From Blasia pusilla (Eukaryota): a stretch of 64,000 nt of DNA. Within the stretch, counting starts at the first letter, position 1. Every line of letters starts with the position of its first letter. The stretch is taken from positions 46,004,001 to 46,068,000 of the forward strand of contig CM114271.1 in assembly GCA_050084515.1 (NCBI GenBank), read 5' to 3'. The position numbers and the translations under genes are program-made. The notes beneath the pieces were generated by a model. The model saw only the letters and a list, made by a program, of their open reading frames with translations, searched no databases and was not told the DNA's origin. Of the stretch, positions 47,077-62,300 are shown piece by piece.

Positions 47077-49335
47077 ATTCTCATCCCATCCCGTTCCGCG
47101 CTCTCCTTCTTCTTCTTCTCGACGATCTACGGCGTAATCCTTCGGGGCTGTCAGTTTCCGGTTCTACTTTGACCGCGAGGACATGTTCTTCACGCGGATG
47201 TATGTTTGGGTCGCAACTTCAACTTCTTTCTTCCGCGGTGGTATGGCGTAAGGACGACTGTTTCCGGGGATTATTTTATTTCTCTTGTACTTGTAGCCCG
47301 TGAGGAGATAACGATATATTCCACGTGTATTTATGGCCCCGTCTACTATTTATCCCGGTGTGTGGGATGTGGGCTTCTTTGTATTTGTTTGTATAATAAG
47401 GGGTGTGCATATTTTTATTTTATTTTTTTATTCTATTATATTTTACCCATGGCACGGAGCACCGTAGTTTCCATCCGCTTACGAGGCGTCTGAGGCTCTC
47501 GCGATTCATTTCATTTCATTCCATTCATTTCTTCATTTATTGTGGTGTGGAGGTTCATATGGGCGAAGTTCATGACATATTGAACGAGTCTCCTCTCAGG
47601 TGCGATGTAGTCCAAACTCCAAGTCGAGTTTTCTAAGTATTACGATCACTCCTTAAGGACGGAAATCGTTACCGTCGACCTCTTTTACATCGGAGCGAAC
47701 GTTTCACTCGTCTGGAAAGGAAAACAAACAAAAAACCAAAATAGAGGGGACGATCTTTTTTAGGAAGCCACACCAAAATAAATAAATAACCACAAGAGAA
47801 AAACACGCTAGTAAGCGCAAAAGAAGGGGAGATAGGGTTCCGGTTGAAGGTCACAAGCATTCACTTAATCATCAAAGCGTAAACCATAAGCCTCGTTCAT
47901 TTAAAACGAACGCGACACCAAAGAGTTGATGATTCACGAGCTTGAGATCGACACATAATGTTTGCAAGGATCTCTTAGATATGTCATCTCACCTCAATAT
48001 TCTCTATATTACCGTAACTTTGGCTTCTTGTTACTTTTGACGAGACATCGTGATTGGAAAAATAAATAAATAAATCTTTAAGAGCACCAAAAAAGACTCT
48101 TAAACATTAATGTTGAGCTTGTCGAGTTTGTATGCGAGAGAACTCTTTTCTCTTTTTATAGCTTGCACTTAACGTATGAGTAACTTTGGATGTGTGTCAT
48201 CTAACTTGATGGGACAAAGTGACTTGAGGCATTATTAACTACCCACATATCGACTCCGTTTGGGGTGCTAGAAATTAATTGGAAGTCACCTTCAGGAGTT
48301 TGCATACGAGAGAACTCTCTCTTTACTTTTTTCGCACTTTATTAGGTAGCATGGGATCTAGGGTCATGTTGCTAGGTAGACATGTGATTTGAGAGAATCT
48401 TTAAAAATCGGAAATTCTATTCGCGCGTGGTAAAGCTTAATTGGGATCTTCTCGAGTTTGCAAACCAAGCGACTCCTCTTTTTTGTTTTTATTGTCTCTA
48501 ACAAATTCTTATTATTAGCATAATAATAAGAGCTTGGAAAAGAGAATAAGTGTTAGCTTTTCTTATTCATTCCATTGGAGTCAAATTTCTATTCAAGTGC
48601 ATTTTCTCTACTCTTGTTACTCTTCGAAAAGTGCCAATTAAGAGCACCCAAAAACAAAATTAACTCATACTATTATATTATTCTTTTTTTTCTTCGGTGT
48701 ACGGTATATTCATACCCATCTACAATCCCAATATCTATATTCTCACCCGATGACACAAAGGTCGTATCTAATATATATATCATATATATATTAGATAGAT
48801 ATTTAGCATTGGGGTCGTGTTTTGTTTTTACTAACAACAATCAAAACAAAGGTATGAGAGTAGATCGGGAATATAGTAAGGTTTTTAATAAATTATTCTA
48901 AATAAATCATGCACTTTGATTAAAAAGGAAATGGTCCATTTTTGGATCCTTTTCAAATATCAATTAATGGAGAAAATAAAACTTGAATTACGCTGAAGAA
49001 AATATTGGCTAGTCCTCAAATGATAAATTTCGGCAATTAGACTTTAAAATACATTAAATATCAATAAATTGTCTAAAAAGAATGGTAATTTTTAATCTTG
49101 AAAATGTAGTGAAAATAAATCTTCAACTAATTTGTGAGTTTTGGTGCTTCCACATTGGTTCGCAAGTATGTGGACTCATGAAGTTCTCTTTCTTTTTTAC
49201 CATGGCACACAACTTTTTTGCTACCAATTGCAAAGTAACTTTTGTGTCTCCTCACCAACTTGAAAGATATTGGGACTTTGGATATCAAGGAAAGGATCGC
49301 ACAAAAATGAACACATAGACGAAAGATTTTGGATA

Positions 49336-52300
49336 TGTTCTCAAGGGGATTCTTCCATTGCAATTCTAAAGTGGCTCATAAGGCCACTTTAGAATTCCAA
49401 TGGAAGAATCCCTTGAGGCTTCTCCTCGTCCTTTGTATGCTTAGATATAGGTATAATGAAGACAAACTAGTTATACATATCCTTATCCCACGTGGACTCT
49501 TCTCCTAGCATGCAAGGATCTTCTTTGGACCCTAGTGTCCTTATCTCATCTTATCACATCTACTCATTCTTATCTTACTTTTCACGAACCTACGGACCCA
49601 CTCTAATTTTTATCATTTGTTATTTATTTCTATGTTTTATTGGTTCTTTCACACTTATACGCTATATAGTATAGACTCTAACTTAACCACTATTCAAAAA
49701 GGATGGTTACAAACCTTCTCCCATTTAAAGCACAAAGTTCTCATTGTGAGATCTTACATTATCAATGTTGCGTTGGCCAAGGGTTCCCATGTGGCCTCAA
49801 ATAATGGTAAAGGGTAAATAGATCAAGCCCTGTGGGACCCAAAGACTCAAAAGGCTGAAAAATACATTACAAGTCATTCATTCACTGATCTGGAAAAAGA
49901 CCCTAAAGACCTTCTCCTAGCTACTGCCTAGAGCACTTGAGCGATGAATAATGACCTATGACCCTAATGGATATCCTTTCAATTAGACCAAGTATTCCAC
50001 TCTTTTTTATGAGCTCCTCAAGAATATTTCTTCAAATACGTTCCATTTTAAATTATTCATGATCTCCTATCATTTGAGGCAGTGGTGGAGAAAGAATTAT
50101 TCTTCAAATATGTTAGGACGTGGAAGAAACACACAAAGAAGAGAGATATGAAACACAATACATATTTTCATATACGTTAGTAAGTCTAACTAATATGTCA
50201 CAACACCCACTTTCTGTAGAATGGCGAAATGCCTAATATAGCGAGGATTAAGCTTAAGTACACTTAATTAAATTGGTTTTTGCTAACTAAACTTTGTCCC
50301 CTTTATAAAAGTCTACATCGATAAGCATCTTCATATTATTCAGTCGATTTTAGATAATAGCCTATTTTTCCTTAGCAAGCTTAACTTCTTTTTGAATTCT
50401 ATCCACGAATTTATTAATTGTTGCTACCTTTCTAGATTCCATAGAAAATTTCTCTATTCGAATGAGACTAGAAGGGATCAAGAAATTATTACCCTACATT
50501 TAAAAGAAGGATGTTGCCTTAGTTGAAGAGTTCATAGAATTATCATACAAGAACTCTACCAATTATAACAATGAGTCTCATCCTTTGTAGATCCTCTAAT
50601 GTTAAGGCTTGTGGGGTAGACTCAATAGTATGGTTGGGTCTTTGAATTTCCCCATTGATTTGAGGATAATAAGCAACAAAAATTACTAGTTTGCTTTAGA
50701 GCAATCCAAATAAATACTTCCAATAAAGACTTATGAAGTGGGCTTCTCTATAAGTGATAACCACTTTAGGAAGATCCTAATGAATAAAATATTATCGTTA
50801 TAGATCCTAGCCAATTGTTGTACGGTGATCGTCTTCTTGGTCAGATTGAGGTGTATCATCTTGCTTAGTCTATCCACAAACAGGGCAATAGAGTAACTCC
50901 CCGTGATTATATATGGTAGCTCACAAACAAGATCCGTGTAGACTTATTTCCAATATTAATGAGTTTTTGGAATGGGCTATAACAATATTTTTGGTTTTAT
51001 GTTGATAGTCATATCTTGTTGATAAATCATACAAATTTTTATATATACGTCAACATCTTCTCTCATTTTGGGCCAATAGTATGTTCGTTATAACCCTTTT
51101 AAGGTTCTTTGAGATTCCACATGATAAAAAATCTTTCTTTCTGTCATGAGCCTCTAACAATACTTAACTGCACGTGCATTATTTGAGATCCATAATTTAC
51201 CATTTTGGAAAACCAATCCTTGAGCCTCACGTGCTTTTCTTGGCCAAAATAAAACTTGCAATTTCTTCATCCTCCGTTGTTTTTTTTATCAATGTTCTCC
51301 ACCAACTAGAGTGAATGTGCACTTTCGATATGTTATTTATCTATGACATATAAGTCAAGGCATATGCCAACTGCTCCTTTCCATCAACATAGACAATTTT
51401 CAAGGAGAATTTTCTCGCCATTTTGCCCATCGAATTTATCATTTATAGAGCTCCTTTTCGTGAGACTCTAAGTAGACCTCTAGGGATTGTGATTAATCTC
51501 TACCAAAAATTACTTATAACCAAAATAATGTTTCAAATATTTTTTCGCTAAGACAATATCAATTTCTCCTCTCTTGGTTATGTAGTAGTTTTGCTCCACG
51601 GACGATAACTTACGGGAAAAGAAGGCAATATATCTTATGTCATCCATCTTGCCATTTCTATTGTAATACTCCTCCAACCTGCATAGTTCCTAACTTGAAA
51701 GGTCAATAAGGATCATACCACCTTCAAAATAGAAGTATTGATCAAAGTATCCTTTTAAAATTGGAAAGAAATATCTTATGATTTACCCCAACTACATTTT
51801 TTCTTTTCGCCAATAAAAGTTGTCAAGGATTATGCGATTCAAACACAAAAATTAAAAAATCTTTGATAGACTCGCGTTAATACTAAAAAAATATTTAATT
51901 GAGTTTAATCCTTAGGAGCACTCTATTTTTTTGGATCACTTATGCCTTCTCACACATCAGTTGAAAGCTACGAGGCAACAATATCGCATATATCCAAGCC
52001 TAGAAAAGCAGCCATTCATGGTTATATGACCATATCTACCACACTCAAAATATTGGAGCGTATCTCGTCAAACTTCTAGTTCTCTCCCTTCTCTAGGAAC
52101 CTTGTCGGTTTGAGGAGCAATCCCTTGTTAGATTGGATTTTGACCTCTCTCTATTAGCACCCTTTCATTAAATCTTCATAGTGCATAATTGTCTCATGCT
52201 TGAAGGTTGCCCAACTTTATAGATGTAGATCCATAGTGATTCTTCATGGAAGAAATCACCTCTCATCCTCTTTGAAACATATTTTCCATGAGTTAGGCAC

Positions 52301-52805
52301 ATACGATTGCCTCATTGATATCCTTTGAGTTATCTCAAATCACTTCTTGACGCACCGTCCTCTTCAAGCCCTCTCTTGAATAGATCGATGGCTTCTTCTC
52401 CACTCATGTCGGAAATTCTCGTTGGAAGAGCAAACTTCTTTTAATACCATTGTTAAGCTCAAAATAATAAGAACACTCTAGAATTTCACAAAGGTAGAAT
52501 GCCCCTCGATGCATCTCCTCTTCATTTATATAATAAGTATAATAAAGATAATTAACTCTATCTATCCTTATCCCACATAACATATTCTTCTAGCATGAGA
52601 GCATCTTTTTGGACTCTAATGTCCTTATTTCATCTTATCGCATCTACCCACAATCTCATCCATGTCTTATTTTTCACCAACCTACGGATCTACTCTCATC
52701 TTTATCACATATTTTTTTTCTTTTCTATTTTTGGTTGGTTCTTTCCCAATTGTGCGTTGTATGGTATAGACTCTAACTTAATCATGATAACAAAGGATGG
52801 TTAAA
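49336..52805 (-). mobile_element. Old, internally deleted Ty3/gypsy LTR retrotransposon
   Basis: Diverged LTR pair at ~49336-49711 and ~52451-52805. Degenerate iMet PBS (TGGTATTAA at 52441-52449) and PPT GGGAGAAGG (49714-49722). RNase H IAFFSRKLSSVEQNY; integrase YYWPKMREDVDVYIKIC and FVDRLSKMIHL. No clear TSD. Confidence 0.85.
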
Positions 52806-53259
52806 ATATCCCATCTTGGTTGTAATGGTCATTTCATGTTAAATCATTGAACTACTTGCAAGGAAAACAAAAATGGTTGATTGCAATCTCAATCAGCTCA
52901 TTGGTAAAATCAAAATTTTAACTCTAAATATACCAAACTCATCTCAAGAGATGGATTTTATATTAGGTGTATAAATTCCATGAAAATCATTTGAAAAATG
53001 TAGAAGCCCAAGTGCAATATCTCCTGTACAAACCTAAAATATAGCAAGTTCCCTTTAATCATGATTTTATCATCTCGTGACTCGTGATGCTTAAGAATCC
53101 TCCTTGAAAGTGTAACATACTCTATTATCTTGTATCCAAGCACGTCATCACCATTATTGTCTCCATCTCCATGTCGCTCTAATCATTGATGTGTATCTCC
53201 TAGATTTATAATCACCTGTATAAATATACATACTATCATTGTGGAAATATTCAAGATGA

Positions 53260-54201
53260 CTATCACAACTACATTTCAAGAAATTTTTGGAGTGCCAGAA
53301 CCCGCAAACTAGTTGCAACACAATAACTACACAAATGCCAGATAGTCGCAAATTTTTACTCCAACAATCGCATGATTGTGATTTTGAGCCATACTTTACG
53401 ACCATTTGATGGCTTTGAAGTATTATTTATTACAATCAAAAGATAATTGCAATGACTCAAAAATAAACCGCAAAATAACCGCTCGATATTTGCACTTAGC
53501 TAGCAAAGAGCATATGACTTGCGAGTCTATATAGTCGCTAAGGAATATTTTTTTGTACTCACAAACTAGATGTTTTATGCACTTTTTGCTCTGTTTTGGC
53601 CCATTTCTTGGTCATGAAACAAATAAGAGTTAGCTCATGGGGGATTTGGCTCCTTCCAATTTTTTTCTTGAGGATGTGTCTTTTCTCCTTCATTTAAAAA
53701 ATTTTGGAAAGAAAATATGGATGATAATGGATCTCACTCATCAACATGTCCCTCCACATAAAGGAAAACTCCCATCGAAAAACAAATAAGAGTTAGTTCC
53801 ACTCTAGAAAGAAAGTAGTTGCAAAGTGAGGAGAGGAGTTTTGTAAAGTTAGGAGGAAAATAAAAATGGACCAAATTGGAGACAAAAGGGGAATTTATGG
53901 CCAAAAATTATGTTTCGGGGCTCGCAAAGTAGTTGCAAGTCTTAGCCCTCATATTTTAGCAATCGACATATTCGCACTTTGTGACTCCATGACGATTGGC
54001 AGTCATAACGTTATATGTAATTGTCTTGCTATTGCTGTGATTCCCAAATAGCTTGAAAGTGTCAAGACTCACAAAATAATCTAGACTCACAATTTGCATG
54101 TCAATCATAAATTAATCACTAGCTAGTCGCACAATTTGCACTCGAAAAGTTAATAGTTGGACTTGAAATCAATTGCAAGCAAAAGATAATCCCTTGTAGT
54201 G
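53260..54201. mobile_element. Non-autonomous CACTA-like fragment
   Basis: Subterminal TTGCAA/GTCGCA/GACTC motifs, inverted similarity to 30590-30716, and an end CTTGTAGTG (reverse complement of CACTACAAG) at 54201. Confidence 0.55.
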
Positions 54202-54299
54202 TATATATATTCAACTCATTTGAGTATCACATAACAACAAAGTGGTAACTTCAAATATGCTAGAAAATTTGTTTATAATTCATATATAACCTCTCTCAA

Positions 54300-56350
54300 G
54301 ATCCTCGGAGCTAACCCTTTAATGGTCATCAGAAGTGGATTATGGATCAAATGGTGAAAGTCATGGATTTGAAAACCCTCCTCCAAATCAAGCCACCTTC
54401 ATCAAACAATTTTATATACAAGTATGCTCCATATCCAAGAAGTATACTAGTTCTTGAAAGTCATGCACGCAAAACCTCTCTGCCCTCAATTAAGTATCCA
54501 TGGTGTGAGGGATTTAGGCACACATCCATCAACCTCCCCTTCTAGCTAGATCCTCCATATTCTATAATTCATGTGCCTTAAATGGAGCACATAAAATACA
54601 TGTTATTTGGTGATTCCAATGACAATGATCATTCTAGGTGTAGCAATCTTTGTACACCTAGAATGATCGTTTCCCATAATGAAGTTGGCACCTTTATATG
54701 GCGCGTTCATCTTAATGTAGATATTGGATACATTGGCATTTATGTATTATATCATACTCTACTCCCACTTGAGATATCCCTCAATGGGCTACTAATTTGA
54801 ATTTCAATACCATATTTCTTTATGGAAGGATTTTTCATGCATGAATCAAAACAAGACATCCATAAAAATGTTTGATAAGAAGAAAAAGGCTCTTGGAAGT
54901 TCAATAACACAATATTGGTAGATAAATGGGATACACATGAGGATGGGTATAGTGGATTGTGTGACACCTCATCCATCCCATCAGTTTTTCAATCGTTAAG
55001 GGCTCAATGTCAAAATATTCTCAAATGGATTGTATCATCCTATCCTCATTATTTGCAATATTTGGCTTGGACCTATCATACTTTGATCCAAAATATTGTA
55101 AATCCTCCCCCTCATTGACATTAGACGACCAATCGTTCCCCTCTTCCTCTTCCATCTAAGTGTGTGTCATGATTCACTCAATTAATAACTCCTTTTAATC
55201 CATGTTTGTTGGACCCCAAAGAGGATGCATCCTTCAAAATTAGGAATTCTTCTGATCCAACTCAAAGATCTCCACAATGGAGGAAGAATCTACATATAAA
55301 GATAAGCGGATGATTAAAAAAAGTGTGGCATATGATTGGCATTGCAAGAATCTAAACTAAAACTTGTAAGATGAAGTTTTATATACCATAAAGGACTGAA
55401 CCTATCTCGATCAAAATGATTAGTTTCAGAGATTCCTCATAAAGCACGTGATAAAAAATAGGTCTTCATCTATCACCTTTATTTTGGGATAAGAATAAGG
55501 TGCCACAGTGCTATACTCCAATCACAAAGGTGAATGTCCTTTGGCAAACTTGATCACATTCAAGGAAGTTTCCTTTGAAAAATCGAATAAATCTTCTAAA
55601 ATTAATATTATCATAAGTTCTATCAAGGATCTAAAATTTCTCCCACATGATATCTCAACCATCATGGATTTCCATTTGTAGTGATGAGATATCTCCTTGA
55701 GTATCTCTAGGATGGTTTAAGTTGTGACACTTGAAATGTAGAAATCCTCGTCCCATTACAAATAGAACCCTTTATGCCTAAAACTTGTCTCAAGGAGTGC
55801 ACTCATCTTGGTTGGTCTTTGTCCACCACCTACACATTTTCCATCCATTCGTCTCAAGGGTTGGTCTCATTGTTTCTCACACCTCTTAATCTTCTTTTGG
55901 ATTAACACTCCATGACTTCTGACTAGATAGTCTTGGTTCTACCTCAATGATTCCACTAAGATTGATCCTCCTTTGACCCGCTTATCACGTCCCTCTTAGC
56001 ATATGAGTCTAAGACTTAGCACTTCTTTAGGCTCATTTAGCTCCATCAAGGAGCTAAATGAGCTAGCATTCTCTCCTTGTGTCTTTTTGTGCATTCCACC
56101 CTTTTCTCCAATATTTTTTAATGTTTCGTCCCTTAAATCTAAAGATACCTCCACTTTATTTTTGGGGGAAGTAGGGTTTAGTTTTTGTTGTGGTCATGGA
56201 TCATGCTAAGGGGCTTTGGTCTTGTGCCGAGATCAAAGGTACTCTTGCCCACATTGATTTCATATGTGTTGATCATCCACCTATAGTGCAAATGAAGAAG
56301 TTCCTTTGCCATGTCTTACAACGGACTTGGAAACAATGTATATTGGGATG
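54300..56350 (-). mobile_element. Highly degraded retroelement-like remnant, possibly gypsy
   Basis: Only weak fragments such as HVFYVLHL (integrase C-terminus-like). Mostly judged from composition. Confidence 0.3.
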
Positions 56351-59300
56351 AATTGAGTAAATGGACCAAAATCCCACAAATATTTTTTTAAATATTTGTG
56401 CTACAATCCAATTAGGGCTCTAGAGCGGTGAAATCATCTATGCAAAGTACAAACAAATGATGATAAGTCATTTCAGATCCAATTACCAGCATTAGGCCAA
56501 AAAAAACGCACATGAGCTTGTGTATATGGATCCAGAGGATGCTATGGAGCAAGAGGCTCAAGTGTTGGAAATGCCACCACCCAAGAACTACAACCTTCTT
56601 CTTGGTCTACCATTGTGTTGAGGGAGTTGGAAGTGGTTGGGGATGCTATCCATAAGGAAATTAATGGACGATAAATAAGAAAGTTGAGAAAATCTCTAAA
56701 AACACCAAAATGGACATATTGCTTCAAATAAGGTGCTCTCATAAGTAATCATAGCTTTTTTAGCTATTTGGGGATCTTTTTCATTCCATTCACTTCAATA
56801 CTAGTGCATCTCTTATGGCACTCTAAGTGATTATGCTTAATATGGTGTACACCCATATGCCATAATGATAGACGCCATTAAAATTAGTGGAAGTACATGT
56901 AATGAGATCTTAATATATAATTATGAACTCTTGACATTGTTACATTTATGAATTATTCTTGTCTCTAATTTTTTCTATGAGTTTCAAGTTTCAAGGTTTT
57001 TAGTATTGAAGCTACGTTGAAAATATGGCAAAATAGACCACCATGTGTTAGAACATCCTACGCCACATATAGATGAGAAGAGGGGAAATGAAGGAGGGTT
57101 GAATGATTGAATGATTGAACACATCCACCGAAGTCTAGTTGATCTTAAAATATGAAATCTACTCTTTTATTTCTAACTACGAATTCATATTTTTAGTTAT
57201 CTACAAATTTGTGAAGAGTAACATTTTCTAATGTTCTAGCTGTATATACAGTTTATGCTTTCAACAAATAGATGGGAGTAGAAAACAAAAATAAATATGT
57301 GATGTCTATATCAATCATTTCCCTCTCTTAATCCAAGAGACTTCATCCTCCATACTCCAACATAACCTTGTTGTAATGTAGCTCGGGTCTCACTCTCGTG
57401 GTATGATAGCTACAAATAGCCTCCAATTGAGCCTCCTCAAGGATCTACCCCTTGAGAAACTTCATGGAAATATGTATGCAAAGGTTACTACTCCAACAGG
57501 AAGGAAAGGTCTCTCATAAAAGGTCAATTTATTTCATGCCATCCTTCTTGAGCCTCATAAGATCAAGTGGAACCACTACATACATAACACACGATATTGT
57601 GTTACACAACACAAAAGGGAAGGGTGACTTGTATGCATATGTCACTTCTAATCTAGTAGTTCACAATGACCTCCTAAAAGCAGCCTTATAATGGACCCCT
57701 CTAAGCCTCAATGTAATCTTGCCTATGTCCATATAATCATGACAAATTCAAAACTTGGACTAATAGGTTATCATAAAGTCCAACTTTTATGCCATATGTG
57801 ACAGTGGAGTGAGGCATGGATGAGGATGTTTTAATTTTTATTGTCATATCTAACATCCTTAGGAATGATCTATCTTAAAAAAATGCCTTATGTGAGGTTG
57901 GAGGAGAAACATACAGATCAAGGAGAACAAATTTATAGAGATTTAATTTTGATTTCTTATCCAATAGTGACAATGAGGATGCGTCGAGATCAATATTAAC
58001 CTTTATGTAAACAAAGAGACTGTCATCACATATTTTTTGTTAGAGGTCCTGGAGTGGAGTCAGAGGGACTCTACACCCCATACTAATACGTCTTCATCTA
58101 TAAATGAAGACGATTGGATGGCACTAGTTTAATTTAGTTTGTGAAAGACATTGTATATGCCTAAACTATAGTGGTAGAAGATATGGTCCAAACTCCATCT
58201 TATAGGGTTTTATAGGGTTCTATCTTCAACATCATAATGTATATGTAATGATGTACGTCAGACATACTTTGTATCAACCTACCACATGTATCAAATGGAA
58301 AGATTTTGAAGAGAATTTGGTCAGCTTAGTTTCTACTCCATATGACTATGTCTTAATTATATTTTTTATTAAATGTGTTCCACTTTCATGTATGTGATAA
58401 TAATGATATATAAATGAACTAATTTAGCAAACACTCGTAAAGACAAGTATATGTATTATAGCATACGTTTAGAAATAAGCATAGTGCATAAGAATAGGTA
58501 TCCCATATCTATTGTGCTATAGTCATGAATTATCTTAAATTATTTTGACCAGAAGCCATGTTGTTTTTAGTCCTTATGAGTACTTTTAAAGTCACTTGCC
58601 AACAATTCTAGCCACTTTGCAATTCTATGATAAAACTTCTAAAATAGTTGCAATTGACACGCATAAAAACTCCTAGTCATCTTACAAATTAATATCCAAG
58701 GCATGATCAACTTAAGCTTGCAAGTCCACTAGAATGTAATAAAGTGAACTTTAACCTAGAGCTCAAACATTGTGAGTTATAGACTAAACCACAAGCTTAC
58801 ACCTGTTTTTCAAGTAAAGTAGTCGTAAATTTAAGGCTTGTCTACAAGTACATTGCGGCAACATGCATCTGAACTTACAAATTACTTCTATTCGCGCTGA
58901 TGTTCATCTTGGCCATGCATTACATGAATTGAACAACCAATATTTAATTCTCATTAGGTTATTAACTTATTTCTTTCCTCCTCTTGCCTCTTATCAATAA
59001 TTCTATTTTTTAAGCAACCCTCCTCTTAACTATGGAGGAGAAATCAATTGGATGACTAGTTTCATCTATTTCTCATTCATAGTCATAATTTTTTTCTCAT
59101 TCATCCATCCATGCCATAGTACCATCTTCTTCATACATCCATGTCATATGTTTCCTAATTATTTTGTACATTCATAGATATCTTATGCTATCCATGTCAT
59201 GACATAGTTGCATATATGAATCATAACCTTTTTTCCTTCTTTTTCTTATTTCAATTAATTACCCATTATTTTAATTAATTACCCATTAAGTTTGATCCAT

Positions 59301-62300
59301 CTATTTGTGTATCTAGAAGCTATTATATGCAACATATATACCCATGAGATAGATAAGTAATCTCTCCATGCCTGACTCATTTTGTATTTCCCAATGTGGA
59401 ATTAAATGTGAATGGGATGGAGATGAAATAATGAGAAAACATGGAAGGACTATGATATTAAAACCAATGATAACCAAAATGTGAGAGAAAAATATAAGGA
59501 TAAATGGGATGGAGCAACGTATGCAACAAATAAATGAGCATACTTTTATCCATATACGATGAAGATATTGATGGAGATCAACATCATAATGGATGCATAC
59601 TAAAAAACGGCAATAAATGTATGATAGGAACAAAAATAAGAAGTGAGTGAACTAAAGAGAAGGTTCTACATATAAGATATAGACGGCTAAATACAACCAC
59701 ATTAAACAATAAAATTAGCAAAACAAATCTACTTTATATCCCTACGACAAGTTGCTTGTGTGTGATATCACATAGTACCTTTGTTAATAATATTATCACC
59801 ATTCATACATTATGGGAAGGCTTACATTTTTATGATAACTTATAAAATGGAAAATCAACTCATTAATCCATACTATTTTTTGAGATAGGACATGTCATTA
59901 TGTGAGAAAATTTCTTTTCTAAATGTGAGAAATCGAGCTTTTAAACAAAAGGTGGGATATCATATTTCTCCTTCTACAAAACATAGAAAGTGATCCACTA
60001 ACTTTTGGACGGCTATATGTGAAGGGAATAGTTAATAGTTTCATACATATATGAAAGAAGGAGATTCCTTAATACGGAAAGAATTTTATAAAAGTAAAGA
60101 AGCCTTATAAGGGAATGATAATATATCTCTTGCCTTTCAAAGCGTGCAAGTGTTGTAAAATAACATAATTCACATCAACCATAATGTTTTTCTAAGAAAT
60201 GAAATATACCTCACATGTTAAAAACTCCTATTACGATGTCAAGACATTGCACAAGCATCCTTAGTAGTAATTTTCTTAAGGATAAGAGTTGCACAAAGTA
60301 AAATTTCCATTTGTTAAAAATACATCATAAACTATCATAGTAAAAAAAAAAGAATGATGTGAGTGATCATATAATACTCACTTCTTAATATTATAATTTA
60401 TAAGGAACTAATCTTGGTCTATACCAAGTAGGAAGATGTTGTATAATTTTCATAGTTTTATTATCAACATTATACAACATCAATCCTAAAAGGAAACTAA
60501 ACTTTGAGCAACTCTATTTTACAAATTATATGGTTTCCTTTTAATATTGATATTCATACTTTGTGCAACTCCTTTCCTTTTACTAGTGATAATTTTCTTT
60601 TCAAAAATTTTGATTTCAGTGAATTTTTAAAAAAGTAATCAAACTACATATAAGGTCAGAGACACGTTGTCATTTCATTGTGATATTTTACACTTTTAAG
60701 AATTTTATTTCTATATTAAGTAGGCAAAAATTATAAATGCTTCATAAAGATTAAATTATTAAGTGTTCCACTCATAAAATACCTTATGTAGCCTTCGTCT
60801 CCTTTCCATAAAATATAATATGATATACCTTCCACTCAAAATAAATACATTCCATTTTAAAAATACTCTTTTCACATAATTTCCCCATGTTTCTCTAGAT
60901 GATAGTATGGATTCGAAGGTTACCAAAAAGAGTCCAACAAATTACATACATTCCATATTTCTCTATGTTGTACTTGTGTCATAAGAAACATGACCAAAAA
61001 TGACTATATAGTTGAAAAATCAATATGAAAAGATTTTAATTCAAAGTTCTTAAGAAAAAAAATTAAGAAAAAAAAAAAAAAGCTGAATCAGACATATGAA
61101 TGTATCTGAAGTATGACGTCTTTAATACATATACTCTAGTGAGGGATTGTAAGAAATAATTCTAGAAAAAAAAAGCTCTTAAATTCTAATCAAATATACA
61201 TAAAATTTAACCAAAAAAAAAGAAAGGATAAAAAGTAGGAGAAGAACATGAAAACATGTTAATGATGTTAAGGAAAAAATAGTATCATATTATTTCGTCC
61301 ACAATATTTTGAAAAAGAAAAATCCATGCAATTTTTCAATCCACAATATCTTGTTAATTGTATGATATATTAAAAATACCATATAATTAACAAGATATTT
61401 CAAAATTTTGAAAGAAGAGAATTGGGTTCCATGTATTGCATGGTTAAGATAGCCAAAAAAATTTCTATGTAGGCACGTTCGAACTCTAAGCACCCAAAAC
61501 TGTTTCCACATGCTTCTTATGTGGCTCCTATGTTTGACTAGATTAAATTAAAAGTTTCCCAGTTGAGTTCAAGATTTTGGTATTTATTAAATGAATAAAA
61601 TTTCTTTAAATTAGTACGATCTAATTTATACCTAAATTTTAGTTTTTAATTATTTAGATAAAAATATTTTTAATTTATAATATAAATTAAAAATAATCAT
61701 AGTAACTTCCAAACATCAAATTTCCATTTTCATTTAATTTTTTGATTTTGGATTTTTTCTCCTCAAATTTTTACAATAGTCATATAATATTTGGAAGTAA
61801 AATATCCTCAGTATTAGAAATTGAATAGTAGAAGTCAATTATTAACTTATTAATCATCATTTTTACACAAGAATTTAACAACATGAAAATTCCTCAAAAC
61901 TCCCATATGGAAGTATTTAATCAAGAAAATTATATGGTAAAATCAACAAAAAAACTTCTATAATGTAATAAACATTTTATTATTGGTTTAATCTACTTTT
62001 CCTATTCTTCCTTCAGAGAACCCAATAAAAGCATATTTTATATTATATCTCAAACACCAATAATATAGCAAGAGATTAGATTATGAATTGCTTTTGCAAT
62101 ATAGAATATCTTCATTTGTAACATTTTCTTTCACAAATGTTCATCTTTTCTTTTGTCCGTGATTGGATCTAAATTATTTATACCATCCATCTTTGCATAT
62201 AATAGCTAGATTTTAATGTATATTTCTATACATGGATCTTAGATCTTGAAGAGATCTAGAAAGAGATTAAAAAATTCTTATAGGAATGTCAAATGAAAGA

